A stretch of DNA of 64,000 nt from Candidatus Nitrotoga sp. SPKER (GCA_003402285.1 QFXG01000028.1:45422-109421); one strand, 5' to 3'. Shown: positions 29,318 through 39,812, numbered from the stretch's first letter. Translations and numbers: made by a program. Notes: a model not told the origin generated them from the letters alone.

Positions 29318-31747
29318 TTGAACACATCACATCTCCAACCAGCCAGAGAGGAATCAAACATGGAGCAACACGACAGAGCCGACACCGGCAGCAGCATCGA
29401 CACCCGTAACAACGGCAAGGCGCCAAGTCTTAAACGCTTCACCCGTAGCCTACTGGCATACGCCTTTACAACGACGACTTTTACGACAACGGCCATCTGG
29501 GCAACATCGGTACATGCGGCCGACGCAGCGATCATCACAACTGCACGCACTACCTACAACATACCCCCTGGTCCACTTGAAGGTGCACTCAACCATTACG
29601 GTCGCGAGGCAGGCATTTTATTGTCCTACCCGACCGAGCTCACGGCTGGACGGCGCAGCCCAGGCTTGACCGGCACCCACAGCGTGCAGGAAGCCCTGCC
29701 GCTGCTGCTTGCCGGCACCGGCTTGACGGCAGTGGCTCAGCCAGGGGGCGGCTGGACGCTAGTGAAGCAGGGTGAACCTAGCAAAACCTTGGAGGAAGTA
29801 ACGGTTAGCGCAGACTGGCTTGGTTCTCCCACGCCGAAAGCGGCGAAGAAACACCCTGGAGCGCGGACGGTCATCACCAATCAAGAGCTGACCGAATCCG
29901 GTGCTCGCACTGTGGAAGACGTATTGCGCACTGTCCCCGGTGTGCGGGTCTTGGACGAAAGTGGTACAGGTACTCTGCCTAATATCGGTGTGCGCGGACT
30001 CAATCCGTTGCGTAGCGAACAAGTTTTGGTGTTGGTTGATGGTATCCCAATTACTCTCGCACCTTATGGACAAACCGGCCTGTCATTATTTCCACTAACG
30101 ATTAATTCAATCGAAACTATTGACGTAGCAAGGGGGGGGGTCGCAGTGCACTATGGTCCGAATAACGTTGGTGGCGTGATTAATTTTGTGACTAAGCAAA
30201 TTCCACAAAAAACATCACTGACAATCAAGGAAACGCTATCGTTTGCCCCCAATAGCCAGCTGTTGACCGACAGTTATCTGCGTGTTGGCGGTTTCGTCAG
30301 CGACAAACTCGGCTTACAGATACAAGCAAACGTTATCGACGGAAACTCAGCACGTGCCCATTCCAAAACTGCAGTGACCAATTTGATGTTAGACGCCAAT
30401 TGGTTTGTCACCGATAAAGCCGAGATTAAGGCTGGCCTCCAGTATTACAAAACTGAAAACGAATTACCCGGTGCATTAACACCACAATCATATGAACGTA
30501 ACCGCAACCAGTCGACTCGGCCATTGGATCGATTCAACGGCGATACCGTGCGGGGACATTTAATCTACAACCAATACTTCGATAATGGTGCGGAACTTAG
30601 CTGGACGAACTTCGGGCATAAAAGTAACCGCGAGTTTATCTTTGGTAACGCCACCAACGCAGACATCGCGTCAACACAGAAACAATCGGCGCCTCGAGAT
30701 TTTTTAGTGTACGGCAGCGAACCACGATTCACATTTAATGTTGACGGTGGGATTAAGCAGAAAGTTTCTGTTGGTGCACGCTATATGCGTGAGGAAGTTG
30801 ACTATCTCGTTGATGCACGCACCTTGGCAACAGGTGCTTATAGTGTTTCTCGCAACTGGCGTTTCGAAAACGATGCCTATGCCATATACATGAGTGATAC
30901 TTTCATACTGTTAGACAACAAGTTGAAAATCACTCCGGGTATTCGCCGTGAGCAAATAGACCTTTACTACCGCAACAACCTTACCGGTGCGCAAACTCGT
31001 AATCCGACCACGGATTGGTTACCGGGCTTAGACGTTGGATACCAAGCAAATAATGAGGTATTTCTGTTTGCAAATACTCACAAGTCGATGCGCCCTGTTC
31101 AGTTCACGCAAATTACGTTTGCCGCTGATCTGGCGTCCGAAAAAGCACAAAATTACGAAGTCGGAATTCGCTGGACACCGACTAAAAATATCGATACCAC
31201 TCTTACGGCCTTTCGTTTTGATTTTGACAATAAGCTCGAATTCGTGAATCAACTGGTGGGTTTTCGAAATCTTGGGAAAGCCCGCCATCAGGGGGTAGAA
31301 ACTGAGTTTGCATGGCGACCGGAGCAAATCCTCGGTCTCGAACTTAAAACTAGTTATACCTATGTCGATACTAAACAGCTTTCTGGTGCATTTCTTGGCA
31401 AGGAATTGCCTTTGGCAGCACACCATCAATTTAATCAGCGGGTCAACTACCGCAGCGGAAACTGGAATTGGAACCTCAATGGTCTTTACCAAAGCGAATC
31501 ATTTAGCGACGGAGCCAATACGGTAACCGAAAACGCTACCGGATCAGTCGGGAAAATTCCGTCGTATTCGGTATGGAATGCACAAATCACGCACAATTTA
31601 CGCTGGAGCAACAAAAAAATTAAAGCGGGACTGGCGATCAACAATTTATTCAATAGTGATTATTACTTCCGCGGCGTCGACTACAGTCAAGGCCGATTGC
31701 CGGCGCCCGGACGGACGGCTTTGTTATCACTGCAAATTGATATTTAA
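29318..31747 (+). CDS. TonB-dependent siderophore receptor/transducer with N-terminal STN signalling domain
   Basis: Signal peptide ...ATSVHAADA; STN domain (YNIPPGPLEGALNHYGREAGILLSY...); TonB box EEVTVSA; plug; 22-strand-type barrel; C-terminal ...LSLQIDI. The start may be the internal M at 29360. Confidence 0.92.
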   Translation: MNTSHLQPAREESNMEQHDRADTGSSIDTRNNGKAPSLKRFTRSLLAYAFTTTTFTTTAIWATSVHAADAAIITTARTTYNIPPGPLEGALNHYGREAGILLSYPTELTAGRRSPGLTGTHSVQEALPLLLAGTGLTAVAQPGGGWTLVKQGEPSKTLEEVTVSADWLGSPTPKAAKKHPGARTVITNQELTESGARTVEDVLRTVPGVRVLDESGTGTLPNIGVRGLNPLRSEQVLVLVDGIPITLAPYGQTGLSLFPLTINSIETIDVARGGVAVHYGPNNVGGVINFVTKQIPQKTSLTIKETLSFAPNSQLLTDSYLRVGGFVSDKLGLQIQANVIDGNSARAHSKTAVTNLMLDANWFVTDKAEIKAGLQYYKTENELPGALTPQSYERNRNQSTRPLDRFNGDTVRGHLIYNQYFDNGAELSWTNFGHKSNREFIFGNATNADIASTQKQSAPRDFLVYGSEPRFTFNVDGGIKQKVSVGARYMREEVDYLVDARTLATGAYSVSRNWRFENDAYAIYMSDTFILLDNKLKITPGIRREQIDLYYRNNLTGAQTRNPTTDWLPGLDVGYQANNEVFLFANTHKSMRPVQFTQITFAADLASEKAQNYEVGIRWTPTKNIDTTLTAFRFDFDNKLEFVNQLVGFRNLGKARHQGVETEFAWRPEQILGLELKTSYTYVDTKQLSGAFLGKELPLAAHHQFNQRVNYRSGNWNWNLNGLYQSESFSDGANTVTENATGSVGKIPSYSVWNAQITHNLRWSNKKIKAGLAINNLFNSDYYFRGVDYSQGRLPAPGRTALLSLQIDI
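30132..30140 (+). repeat. G9 homopolymer inside the receptor coding sequence
   Basis: Read directly as aGGGGGGGGGt, encoding R-G-G in VARGGVAVHYG. It is the longest G/C run I saw in the window. Confidence 0.95.
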
Positions 31748-31758
31748 GAAAGCCCATC

Positions 31759-32967
31759 ATGAAAGAACTGATTATTTTAACTCACGTAATAACCGATTCT
31801 GTAAATGCTGGCTTTATTCCTGCCGCACAGCGCCTGGGTTTATCCATCATATTATTGACTGACCATACTGAAGCTCACAGGCAATATTTTAATCAAGTGG
31901 AGCTTCCTGCTTACCCTAATGAAATTGTTGCCTGCGATGTGTTCAACCCGCTAGCAGTAATCGAAACGATCACTTGCCGTGCGGAAACACCGGTAGCAAT
32001 TTTTTCCAACAGCGACCACCTGCAAACCAGTACGGCAATCGTTGCCGACTATTTTGGTTTGCCACGCAAAAACTGGCATGTCACATATCGCGCCAAAAAT
32101 AAGGCGGAAATGCGCGCCGACTTAAAAAATCGCGGTCTCGATATGCTCTGGTTTGCGGTTGTCTGCGATAAAACGGCGCTTGCTCAAGTTTTGAATAGCG
32201 TTCCATTTCCATGCATCGTCAAGCCTCGTGAAGGCGTTGCCAGTCAACAAGTCAGCTTGAGTTATAGCCGTGCCGAACTCGAGGCACACTGTGCTGCTGC
32301 TTGGAGCACCCAGCCGGAGCAACCTTTGCTTCTTGAAGAATATATCGAAGGTCCACTCTATACGCTGGAAACTCTTGGCGACGATAAGAAAGTCTGCATA
32401 CTCGGTGGATTTAAAGTGAAATTGTCGCCGCCACCGCACTTTGTCGAGCTAGAGGCAAGCTGGGGGACGGGGTTAACAAACGCGCAAGAAACCCAAGTGG
32501 TCGACATTATTCGCTGCTTTGGTATTGGGTTTGGCGCGTGCCACACAGAATTTGTTATGACCGATAAAGGTCCTCGTCTAATCGAAATAAACTATCGTAA
32601 TATTGGCGATTATCGCGAATTTTTAATGCAAGACACGCTCGATATTCCGTTATTTGAAATCGTTTTACGTCTTTATATGGGCGAGCCTCTCCCACCTTTG
32701 AATATCGCTCCCGATGCGGGATTAATTCGTTACTTCACCGCACACTCTGCGGGCCGACTTGCCAACGCGCCGGAAGCATTTGTCCAGAATGCAGATGATA
32801 TTCAAGTCACTTATAAGCCGCTACGTATGATCGGCGATATTATCCATCTGACCAACTCTAACAAGGATTATCTTGGAGTACTGCGCGGAGCGGGTTCAGA
32901 TGCCCAACGTTTAGATCTGGAGATGAACCGAATTACTAATGGGTTAGCATGGAAGATCGACGCATGA
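31759..32967 (+). CDS. ATP-grasp ligase (PvsA-like, siderophore biosynthesis)
   Basis: ATP-grasp core (FPCIVKPREGVASQQV...LLLEEYIEGPLY...E.N.R), at the position of pvsA in pvsABCDE-type clusters. Confidence 0.8.
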   Translation: MKELIILTHVITDSVNAGFIPAAQRLGLSIILLTDHTEAHRQYFNQVELPAYPNEIVACDVFNPLAVIETITCRAETPVAIFSNSDHLQTSTAIVADYFGLPRKNWHVTYRAKNKAEMRADLKNRGLDMLWFAVVCDKTALAQVLNSVPFPCIVKPREGVASQQVSLSYSRAELEAHCAAAWSTQPEQPLLLEEYIEGPLYTLETLGDDKKVCILGGFKVKLSPPPHFVELEASWGTGLTNAQETQVVDIIRCFGIGFGACHTEFVMTDKGPRLIEINYRNIGDYREFLMQDTLDIPLFEIVLRLYMGEPLPPLNIAPDAGLIRYFTAHSAGRLANAPEAFVQNADDIQVTYKPLRMIGDIIHLTNSNKDYLGVLRGAGSDAQRLDLEMNRITNGLAWKIDA

Positions 32968-34814
32968 AATCGATTGCTAACAAAACTATTGACAATATCC
33001 GTTGGGATTACCCTAACGCCGAGCATGCTGCATATATTTGTCATCGAGTGCTTGACACATTGCTGCGCGAGGACGTACGCGAATGTGTAAGCCGTTCAGA
33101 GCTGATACCGAACACCGCCTTGCCTGCGGCATTAAGTAAGTATGCAAAGGTTAGCCTTGTTTGGCTTAAGGTAACCCATTTCGACGATGACGACTCCCTA
33201 TGGATTCCAGTCGTCAAATCCACATTCATGCAAGATTGGTGCGGAGCTGGATTCCCGCTGCTATGGCAGGAGGGTGAGCAGGTTAGAGGACTGTATTCCA
33301 TAGAAGACATTATCACTTGTTTTACTCGCGGCCTTAATCCAGCCGCAGTACTTCCGTTTAACGCATTTGCGGCAGAGTGTCAGGTGGCCGCTGAGCATCG
33401 CCAAGTCAGTGAAACCGAACGCGAACGCTGGTTTAACGAGTTACGCGCACTGCATGGCGTAACGATTGACAAGCAGCTGCCAAATTGGCATACCTGTCTG
33501 CTGCACTATGATCGGCTCGGTGCGTTTCTCGATCATCCGTTTTATCCTACTGCGCGTGCCAAACTCGGTTTCGATGCCGAGGCACTCGCCACTTACAGCC
33601 CTGAATTTCAGCGTAACTTCCTGTTGCACTGGCTAGCGGTGCCTCTCGCCCTTTATCACCCGAGCATAGGTAACGAACGTGGCCTGCCACTTGTATGGCC
33701 TACTTTCGAAGCCGTCGGCCTGCCTGCCACGATGATAAATACGCATGCTTTGATTCCGATACATCCATTCGTATGGGAACATGAACTTGCTAATTTTCTT
33801 GGTGAGGCTGGATTACATGATGTAATTCGCGCTCCACATGCTTATCTCAGGGTCGTGCCGACGCTTTCGGTGCGTACCGTTGTGATGCTCGATACACCTG
33901 AATGGCATTTGAAATTGCCGCTGACAATCCGCACTCTTGGTGCGAAAAATATTCGCACCATTAAGCCAAGTACGATCCAGGACGGTCACAGCATCCAAAC
34001 CTTGCTTACTGATATTGCCGCATGTGAACCGTTAATTGTAAATCGTCTGCTGCTGACACGCGAAGACTGTGGTGGACATGTCGACAACCGAATGTTCCTC
34101 GGCTATATCCTGCGCCATTATCCGGTCGACACCCTGTGCGAAAGCACGCTGATCCCAGTGGCAGCGCTATTGGCCCAAACATCGACTGGAAATACGGTTG
34201 CCGAGGAAGCAGCGGCACAATTCTACGACGGCGATCTTGAAGCTTTCTTAGATGATTATCTTGATCTAACTTTGCGCTTACATTTGCTGTTGTGGCTGCG
34301 TTATGGCATAGCCCTTGAATCAAATCAGCAAAATTCCGTTGTCGTATTAAGCCAGGAAGAACCGCGGCTGCGCTTGTTGCTGAAAGATAACGATTCGGCG
34401 CGCATCCATCTCGACTATCTAGCTCAGCGTTGGCCGAATTTGGCGTCTCATGTTGCCGAATTGCAGGATCGACGCATTGTTGTTGCAGACGAGTTACCAC
34501 TGGCACAAATGTTCACGACGATTACCTTGCAACTCAATATTGCCGTATTGGTCGAACGCTTCGCGACTATTCTCGGCTTGCCTGCCACCGCTCTGTATTC
34601 CCGCGTTAAGCTACGAATCGAAACCATTTTGTCGGAATTAGCTGCAGATGGAGAAAATACAAAGCTGGCAAATCAACTACTACTCGAAGATGACCGGCTT
34701 TATATCAAATATCTGCTGATCGCCGCCACTCTGGCTGAAAAAACCGAAACGGGTGCTACAGATGTTAACAAATTCTATGGTCGTAGCGCGCCTAATTTTT
34801 TGAGATCGACATGA
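32964..34814 (+). CDS. IucA/IucC family NIS siderophore synthetase (PvsB-like)
   Basis: IucA/IucC hallmarks (PIHPFVW..., TLSVRTV, FEAHLQN-like ESNQQNSVVV, LLKDND). The ATGA overlap at 32964 is the preferred start; the ORF opens at 32949. Confidence 0.85.
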   Translation: MKSIANKTIDNIRWDYPNAEHAAYICHRVLDTLLREDVRECVSRSELIPNTALPAALSKYAKVSLVWLKVTHFDDDDSLWIPVVKSTFMQDWCGAGFPLLWQEGEQVRGLYSIEDIITCFTRGLNPAAVLPFNAFAAECQVAAEHRQVSETERERWFNELRALHGVTIDKQLPNWHTCLLHYDRLGAFLDHPFYPTARAKLGFDAEALATYSPEFQRNFLLHWLAVPLALYHPSIGNERGLPLVWPTFEAVGLPATMINTHALIPIHPFVWEHELANFLGEAGLHDVIRAPHAYLRVVPTLSVRTVVMLDTPEWHLKLPLTIRTLGAKNIRTIKPSTIQDGHSIQTLLTDIAACEPLIVNRLLLTREDCGGHVDNRMFLGYILRHYPVDTLCESTLIPVAALLAQTSTGNTVAEEAAAQFYDGDLEAFLDDYLDLTLRLHLLLWLRYGIALESNQQNSVVVLSQEEPRLRLLLKDNDSARIHLDYLAQRWPNLASHVAELQDRRIVVADELPLAQMFTTITLQLNIAVLVERFATILGLPATALYSRVKLRIETILSELAADGENTKLANQLLLEDDRLYIKYLLIAATLAEKTETGATDVNKFYGRSAPNFLRST

Positions 34815-35983
34815 AAAATGAGCGGCGTGGCATCGTCGCCACCATCATGGTTTGCCACTTTATAGCAGCTTTCGCAGCGCTTGGCATGCCGCCGTTTTTT
34901 GCGCTGATACTCAATAAATCATTGCACAGCGAAGCCACCTATCTGGCTGGGTGGTTATATGTCATGCCAACTTTTTTTACTGCGATAAGCAGCCCGTGGT
35001 GGGGTAAGTTGGCGGATAAATACGGCAAGAAGCCGTTATTGCTACGCGCTGAATTAGGTTTGGCGGGAAGTTTTCTTCTTGCCGGGTTTGCCCCAAATAT
35101 CTGGGTATTTTTCATTGCATTATCACTGCAAGGTCTGCTCGGCGGAACCTTCGCCGCATCTAACGCTTATTTGGCAACCATAGTAAGCGGTACGGATCTA
35201 ACCCGCAGTTTGACGTTGATGCAATGGTCGGCACGGGCAGCGCTGGTGATCGCACCGGCGGGATTGGGCCTGCTAATGACTGTCGAATCTCCTATTGAAT
35301 TATACCGCTACCTGGCGCTGTTACCGCTAATTGCGGCGTTGTTCATTGGATGGCTGCCTGTTTACCAAGTACAAACGGCAACTAAAGCACCAATGCAGAC
35401 CACGGGTAAAGCGAGAGAAGTCACATCTCAGCAAGTCTACGCCTTGCAGTTCGCGTTCATATTTGCCACCGTAATTACTTTTCCTTATTTTATTCCCTTT
35501 ATTCAAACTGATTCCGGCTCAGTTTCGCTGGCTATAGCCGGGCTGCTGTTTGGGCTCCCGCATTTGATCTATCTATTGTGCGCAATGCCATTGAGTCGTT
35601 ATTTGGAGCAGCGCGGCTTGGTGTTCATGCTGTCGATATCATACCTGTTGCTAGCTGCATCATTGTTCGGTCAGGCACTGTTTCCGTCGCTACCTGCCGT
35701 GATTACCTGGCGCATCGTAATGGGATTCAGCATGACCATCGGCTTCATAGGATTGCATGCGTTGATCGCGGGCATCGTAACCAGTGGCAATGCGGGGCGA
35801 ACCTTCGGCTGGTTTGAAAGTAGTTCCAAATGGGGCGCCGTTATCGCCGGTTTGATTGCAGGTACTGCGGTTCAAATGCTCGATTTACGCGCACCTTTTT
35901 TTATTGGCGCGTTCACTTTGTTCATTGCTGGCTTATATCTGGCTGGCTTAGCGGCATATCGTTTACACCTAAATAATTCTTAG
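34811..35983 (+). CDS. MFS transporter (PvsC-like siderophore exporter)
   Basis: 12-TM MFS with the WGKLADKYGKKP loop motif. ATGA overlap with the upstream gene. Confidence 0.85.
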   Translation: MKNERRGIVATIMVCHFIAAFAALGMPPFFALILNKSLHSEATYLAGWLYVMPTFFTAISSPWWGKLADKYGKKPLLLRAELGLAGSFLLAGFAPNIWVFFIALSLQGLLGGTFAASNAYLATIVSGTDLTRSLTLMQWSARAALVIAPAGLGLLMTVESPIELYRYLALLPLIAALFIGWLPVYQVQTATKAPMQTTGKAREVTSQQVYALQFAFIFATVITFPYFIPFIQTDSGSVSLAIAGLLFGLPHLIYLLCAMPLSRYLEQRGLVFMLSISYLLLAASLFGQALFPSLPAVITWRIVMGFSMTIGFIGLHALIAGIVTSGNAGRTFGWFESSSKWGAVIAGLIAGTAVQMLDLRAPFFIGAFTLFIAGLYLAGLAAYRLHLNNS

Positions 35984-36005
35984 TCATTACTAATTAGGAG
36001 GATCC

Positions 36006-37844
36006 ATGCATACAAACAATTTAGCGGAAGCCATTGACTCCGTACAAATAGCTCAACAGGAAGCCGGCCGACGCTCTATGGAAACATTGCTTAATTGTTA
36101 TTGCCGTGAGGTGGCAGGCCCGGAAGGGCAGTTAAGCGTGGGGCCTTTATTCGGCCAAAACGATAATCCGGTATCCATACGACTGGCTTTACAGCGTAGC
36201 GGCGGCCGCATCATGCACGTTCGACTGCCACTTACCGGAGATCGTCTGCTCACGGTAGTTGATGGTTCTTCCCCCACTAGCAACTACCGCTACCAATCAC
36301 CATTCTATTGCAAATCCCCGGGAAAACCCTGGGCCTTGTTAGATTGGCAAGTGTTGGCGGGGCTTTTGCTACGCGAGATGTCGTTGAAGAATAAACTGCC
36401 TGTCAACGATGAGTTGATGCAACAGATTCATGACAGCATTGCAGTAACTACTGCCGTGCTATGCGCCTCCCATCCTGGACGTTTTTCACAGGAACCATTA
36501 CAGGCATTCATTGAATCCGAACAATCGCTGATTTTTGGCCATCCGTTTCACCCCGCTCCGAAAAGCCGCCAAGGCGTTTCTTACGAAGACATGTTGCGTT
36601 ATTCGCCAGAAACAGGGGCGAACTTCCCTCTGCATTATTTCGCAGTACGCCGCGAATACTTATTGCAACAATCGGTGCTTACAGAGTCGTGTGATCAAAT
36701 CGTCACGGCCCAGGCACCTGCCGGCCTTGCCGCTGACGATGAGTTTGCTTTGATTCCGACCCATCCGTGGCAGGCACGTTATCTGCTCGGCCATACAAGG
36801 GTTGCGGCAGCAATCCGAACCGGACGTATTTGCGACCTGGGGCAGCAGGGGTCAAATTATTATCCTACCTCGTCAATCCGCACTCTGTTTCATCCCGATA
36901 ATCCGTATTTCTATAAATGTTCGTTGAACATCCGAATAACCAACTGTGTACGCAAAAATGCGGTTTACGAACTTGAGGGCGCGCTGCAAGTGACCAGAAT
37001 CATGCGCGCATTAATGCCTAGCTTGGAGCTGCAATTCCCGGGTATCCGAGTATTGGAAGAGCCAGCGTTCATCTCGGTAGATTTAAAGCAGGAGGATCAG
37101 TTTGCCAAGGAGGTGACCGAAGGCTTCGGCATGATCCTGCGGCAAAATTTCGCCGATGTGCTGCTTACCGGCGTAACGCCTATTTTGGCCGGGGCGTTAT
37201 TCGGCAATCACGTCTATGGAGAAGCTCGCATTCGCGAATTGCTTGCTGACATGGAGCAGCATAGGAAAATACCCTTCGAGGATGCGGCCGAACAATGGTT
37301 TTCGCGTTACGTCGCCGAAATCATGTATCCGGTACTGTACTGCTATTTCGCTCAGGGTGTCATATTCGAACCGCACTTGCAAAACGTTGTAATCGGCGTG
37401 GCCGGAGGGGAACCCAAACAGGTTTTCTTGCGCGATTTCGAAGGGGTCAAGCTGGTGAAAGAGCGCTATTGCGCAAATCGACTGGAAGCCATAAGTCCGC
37501 GCGCCCGCGAGTCCCTCTGGTATAGCAATGATCAGGGATGGAAACGAGTTGCCTATTGCCTGTTCGTCAACAATTTCTGCGAGGCGATCAGCCAGATCAG
37601 TGCGGGTAAACCTGCATTACAAAATCGCTTATGGGCGATGGTACGGCACCATCTGCATGTTTATCAAAGTCAGTATGGGGACGACGTTTCGACACGGTGC
37701 ATTAATGCCTTGTTTAATGGTGAGCCGCTTCCAGGAAAAGCAAATTTGATCAACCGATTCTTCAAGCGGCCGGATCGCGCTTCTGAGTATTTGCCGGTTA
37801 ATAACCCGCTGGGTGCGCTGGGAGAGGATGGAGCATGGAGTTAA
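36006..37844 (+). CDS. IucA/IucC family NIS siderophore synthetase (PvsD-like)
   Basis: GHPFHPAPKSR, IPTHPWQ, TSSIRTL, FEPHLQNVV and LRDFEGVK motifs. Strong SD TAGGAGG. Confidence 0.88.
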   Translation: MHTNNLAEAIDSVQIAQQEAGRRSMETLLNCYCREVAGPEGQLSVGPLFGQNDNPVSIRLALQRSGGRIMHVRLPLTGDRLLTVVDGSSPTSNYRYQSPFYCKSPGKPWALLDWQVLAGLLLREMSLKNKLPVNDELMQQIHDSIAVTTAVLCASHPGRFSQEPLQAFIESEQSLIFGHPFHPAPKSRQGVSYEDMLRYSPETGANFPLHYFAVRREYLLQQSVLTESCDQIVTAQAPAGLAADDEFALIPTHPWQARYLLGHTRVAAAIRTGRICDLGQQGSNYYPTSSIRTLFHPDNPYFYKCSLNIRITNCVRKNAVYELEGALQVTRIMRALMPSLELQFPGIRVLEEPAFISVDLKQEDQFAKEVTEGFGMILRQNFADVLLTGVTPILAGALFGNHVYGEARIRELLADMEQHRKIPFEDAAEQWFSRYVAEIMYPVLYCYFAQGVIFEPHLQNVVIGVAGGEPKQVFLRDFEGVKLVKERYCANRLEAISPRARESLWYSNDQGWKRVAYCLFVNNFCEAISQISAGKPALQNRLWAMVRHHLHVYQSQYGDDVSTRCINALFNGEPLPGKANLINRFFKRPDRASEYLPVNNPLGALGEDGAWS

Positions 37845-39073
37845 GGTTAGCTGAAGTATTTGAAAGCATTTGCGCTGCACAGGCCGATACCGACGAGCCA
37901 TTGTGTGCCTATGTATATGACTTGGCGGCCTTGCGGCGGCATGCGGCAAATTTGATCAGAACTTTGCCTGAAGGCTATGAATTGTTTTACGCGATAAAAG
38001 CCAACTCTGATCTACCAATTCTGCAGACACTGGCGCCAATCATGGATGGCTTCGAGGTGTCCTCGGGCGGCGAGCTAGCCTGGGTGCGCGAACACTTTGC
38101 AGATGTGCCGGTGATTTTTAGCGGCCCGGGCAAATTGGATCAGGAGCTCGGTGAGGCGATAGATCAAAATGTTGATTGTCTGCATATCGAAAGCCTTAAC
38201 GAATTGCGGCGGTTAGCCGAGATCGCCATCCAGACAGGTAAAGCCGTGGCGATATTGTTACGTATCAACATGGTCGTCGACAACTTGGCAGAAACCAGCC
38301 TGATGATGGGTGGAAAACCAACTCCATTTGGCATTTCTATTCACCAATTGCCAGAATGCATGCGATGGTTACGGGCGCATCCTGAAATTCGGTTGCGCGG
38401 CTTCCATTTTCACTTGTTGTCACACCAGCTCGATGCCCAAGCCCATCTGCAACTGGTGGCGTCATACCTGAGACAAGTACGGCGATGGTGCGATGTATAC
38501 GAGCTAGAAATCGACCATGTCAATGTAGGCGGCGGTATTGGTATCAATTACCGGCAACCTCAACAGCAATTCGACTGGACAATTTTTAGCGCCGGGTTGG
38601 CAGCGTTGTTAAAAAATAGCGGCTTGCCTGGAATCCGTGTACGTTTTGAGTTGGGACGTTATATTACCGCCGCCTGCGGCTACTATGTAATGCAGGTTAT
38701 CGATATCAAGCGGAGCTACGACAAGAACTTTATAGTCGGCAGAGGCGGCTCACATCACTTTCGCACGCCTTACGCGCAAGGTCACAGTCATCCGTTTCAT
38801 GTAATACCGATCAATACATGGCAATACCCATTTCCGCGTCCTGATATTTCCAACGAGAAAGCAAATATAGTGGGGCAATTATGCACACCGAAAGACTTGC
38901 TGGCGTTCGACGTGCCGGTCAAATCGGTGCGTTGTGGCGACTTGCTGGTATTCCCCTATGCAGGTGCCTATGCCTGGCATATATCTCATCACGATTTTTT
39001 GCGCCATCCCCATCCGCAGCAATGGTATTTGCCGATAGAGGAGCAACCACATGTTGCAAACCAATCAACTTAA
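37835..39073 (+). CDS. Type III PLP-dependent decarboxylase (DAP/ornithine decarboxylase fold, PvsE/SbnH-like)
   Basis: FYAIKAN (PLP lysine), GFEVSSGGEL, GGGIGI and the C-terminal beta-barrel sequence. Confidence 0.85.
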   Translation: MELRLAEVFESICAAQADTDEPLCAYVYDLAALRRHAANLIRTLPEGYELFYAIKANSDLPILQTLAPIMDGFEVSSGGELAWVREHFADVPVIFSGPGKLDQELGEAIDQNVDCLHIESLNELRRLAEIAIQTGKAVAILLRINMVVDNLAETSLMMGGKPTPFGISIHQLPECMRWLRAHPEIRLRGFHFHLLSHQLDAQAHLQLVASYLRQVRRWCDVYELEIDHVNVGGGIGINYRQPQQQFDWTIFSAGLAALLKNSGLPGIRVRFELGRYITAACGYYVMQVIDIKRSYDKNFIVGRGGSHHFRTPYAQGHSHPFHVIPINTWQYPFPRPDISNEKANIVGQLCTPKDLLAFDVPVKSVRCGDLLVFPYAGAYAWHISHHDFLRHPHPQQWYLPIEEQPHVANQST

Positions 39074-39812
39074 GCAGGCGCTCGTTAATGGCAAGACTGT
39101 TTTCGGATTGCTCAATTCAATTCCGTCGCCGTTGGTAGTCGAAATGATCGGCTATGCGGGCTACGATTTCGTGATTCTAGACATGGAGCACGTTTGCGTG
39201 AATCCAGAAACACTTGAAAACATGGTGCGGGCCGCCGAATGCGCCAACATGACACCCTTGGTCAGAGTGCCCAATGCCGCGCCGGAAAGCATCTTGCGTG
39301 CATTGGATTGTGGCGCTCAAGGGATCGTCGTACCGCATGTGCGCAACCGCTTCGATGCCGAACAAGCAGTCGCCGCCAGCCGATATTTTCCGCTGGGAAG
39401 CCGTGGCATCAGTGGGGGACGCACCACCGGTTTTGGCACTCTCGATCTGCCAAGTTATTTTGAGCGAGCTAATGCTGAAATCATGGTAGTAGCGATGATT
39501 GAGGATAAAGAAGGTATTGATAATCTGGATGCCATTCTATCTGTCGCCGGTATTGACATGGTGCTTGAAGGGGCGATCGACTTATCACAATCTTATGGTC
39601 TGCCAGGGCAAGCGCGGCATCCGAGCGTGGAAGCTGCAATCGATAAAATTGCTACCGCCTGCTTCGAGCGCAATGTCAAATTCTGCGCGATTCCGCGTGC
39701 CGCAAATCAACTGAATGCATGGAAAGAGCGCGGTGTGCTGGCCTATTTGCTGGGAGACGACCGGGGAGTAAGCTTTCGGGCGCTCAAAGCTCACTTGGTG
39801 GAATTTAAATAA
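39051..39812 (+). CDS. HpcH/HpaI aldolase / citrate-lyase-family protein (SbnG- or MhpE-like accessory enzyme)
   Basis: GYDFVILDMEH...RVP...LD.GAQGIVVPHV... class II aldolase fold motifs. GAGGAG SD. Overlaps the decarboxylase gene by 23 nt. Confidence 0.85.
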   Translation: MLQTNQLKQALVNGKTVFGLLNSIPSPLVVEMIGYAGYDFVILDMEHVCVNPETLENMVRAAECANMTPLVRVPNAAPESILRALDCGAQGIVVPHVRNRFDAEQAVAASRYFPLGSRGISGGRTTGFGTLDLPSYFERANAEIMVVAMIEDKEGIDNLDAILSVAGIDMVLEGAIDLSQSYGLPGQARHPSVEAAIDKIATACFERNVKFCAIPRAANQLNAWKERGVLAYLLGDDRGVSFRALKAHLVEFK

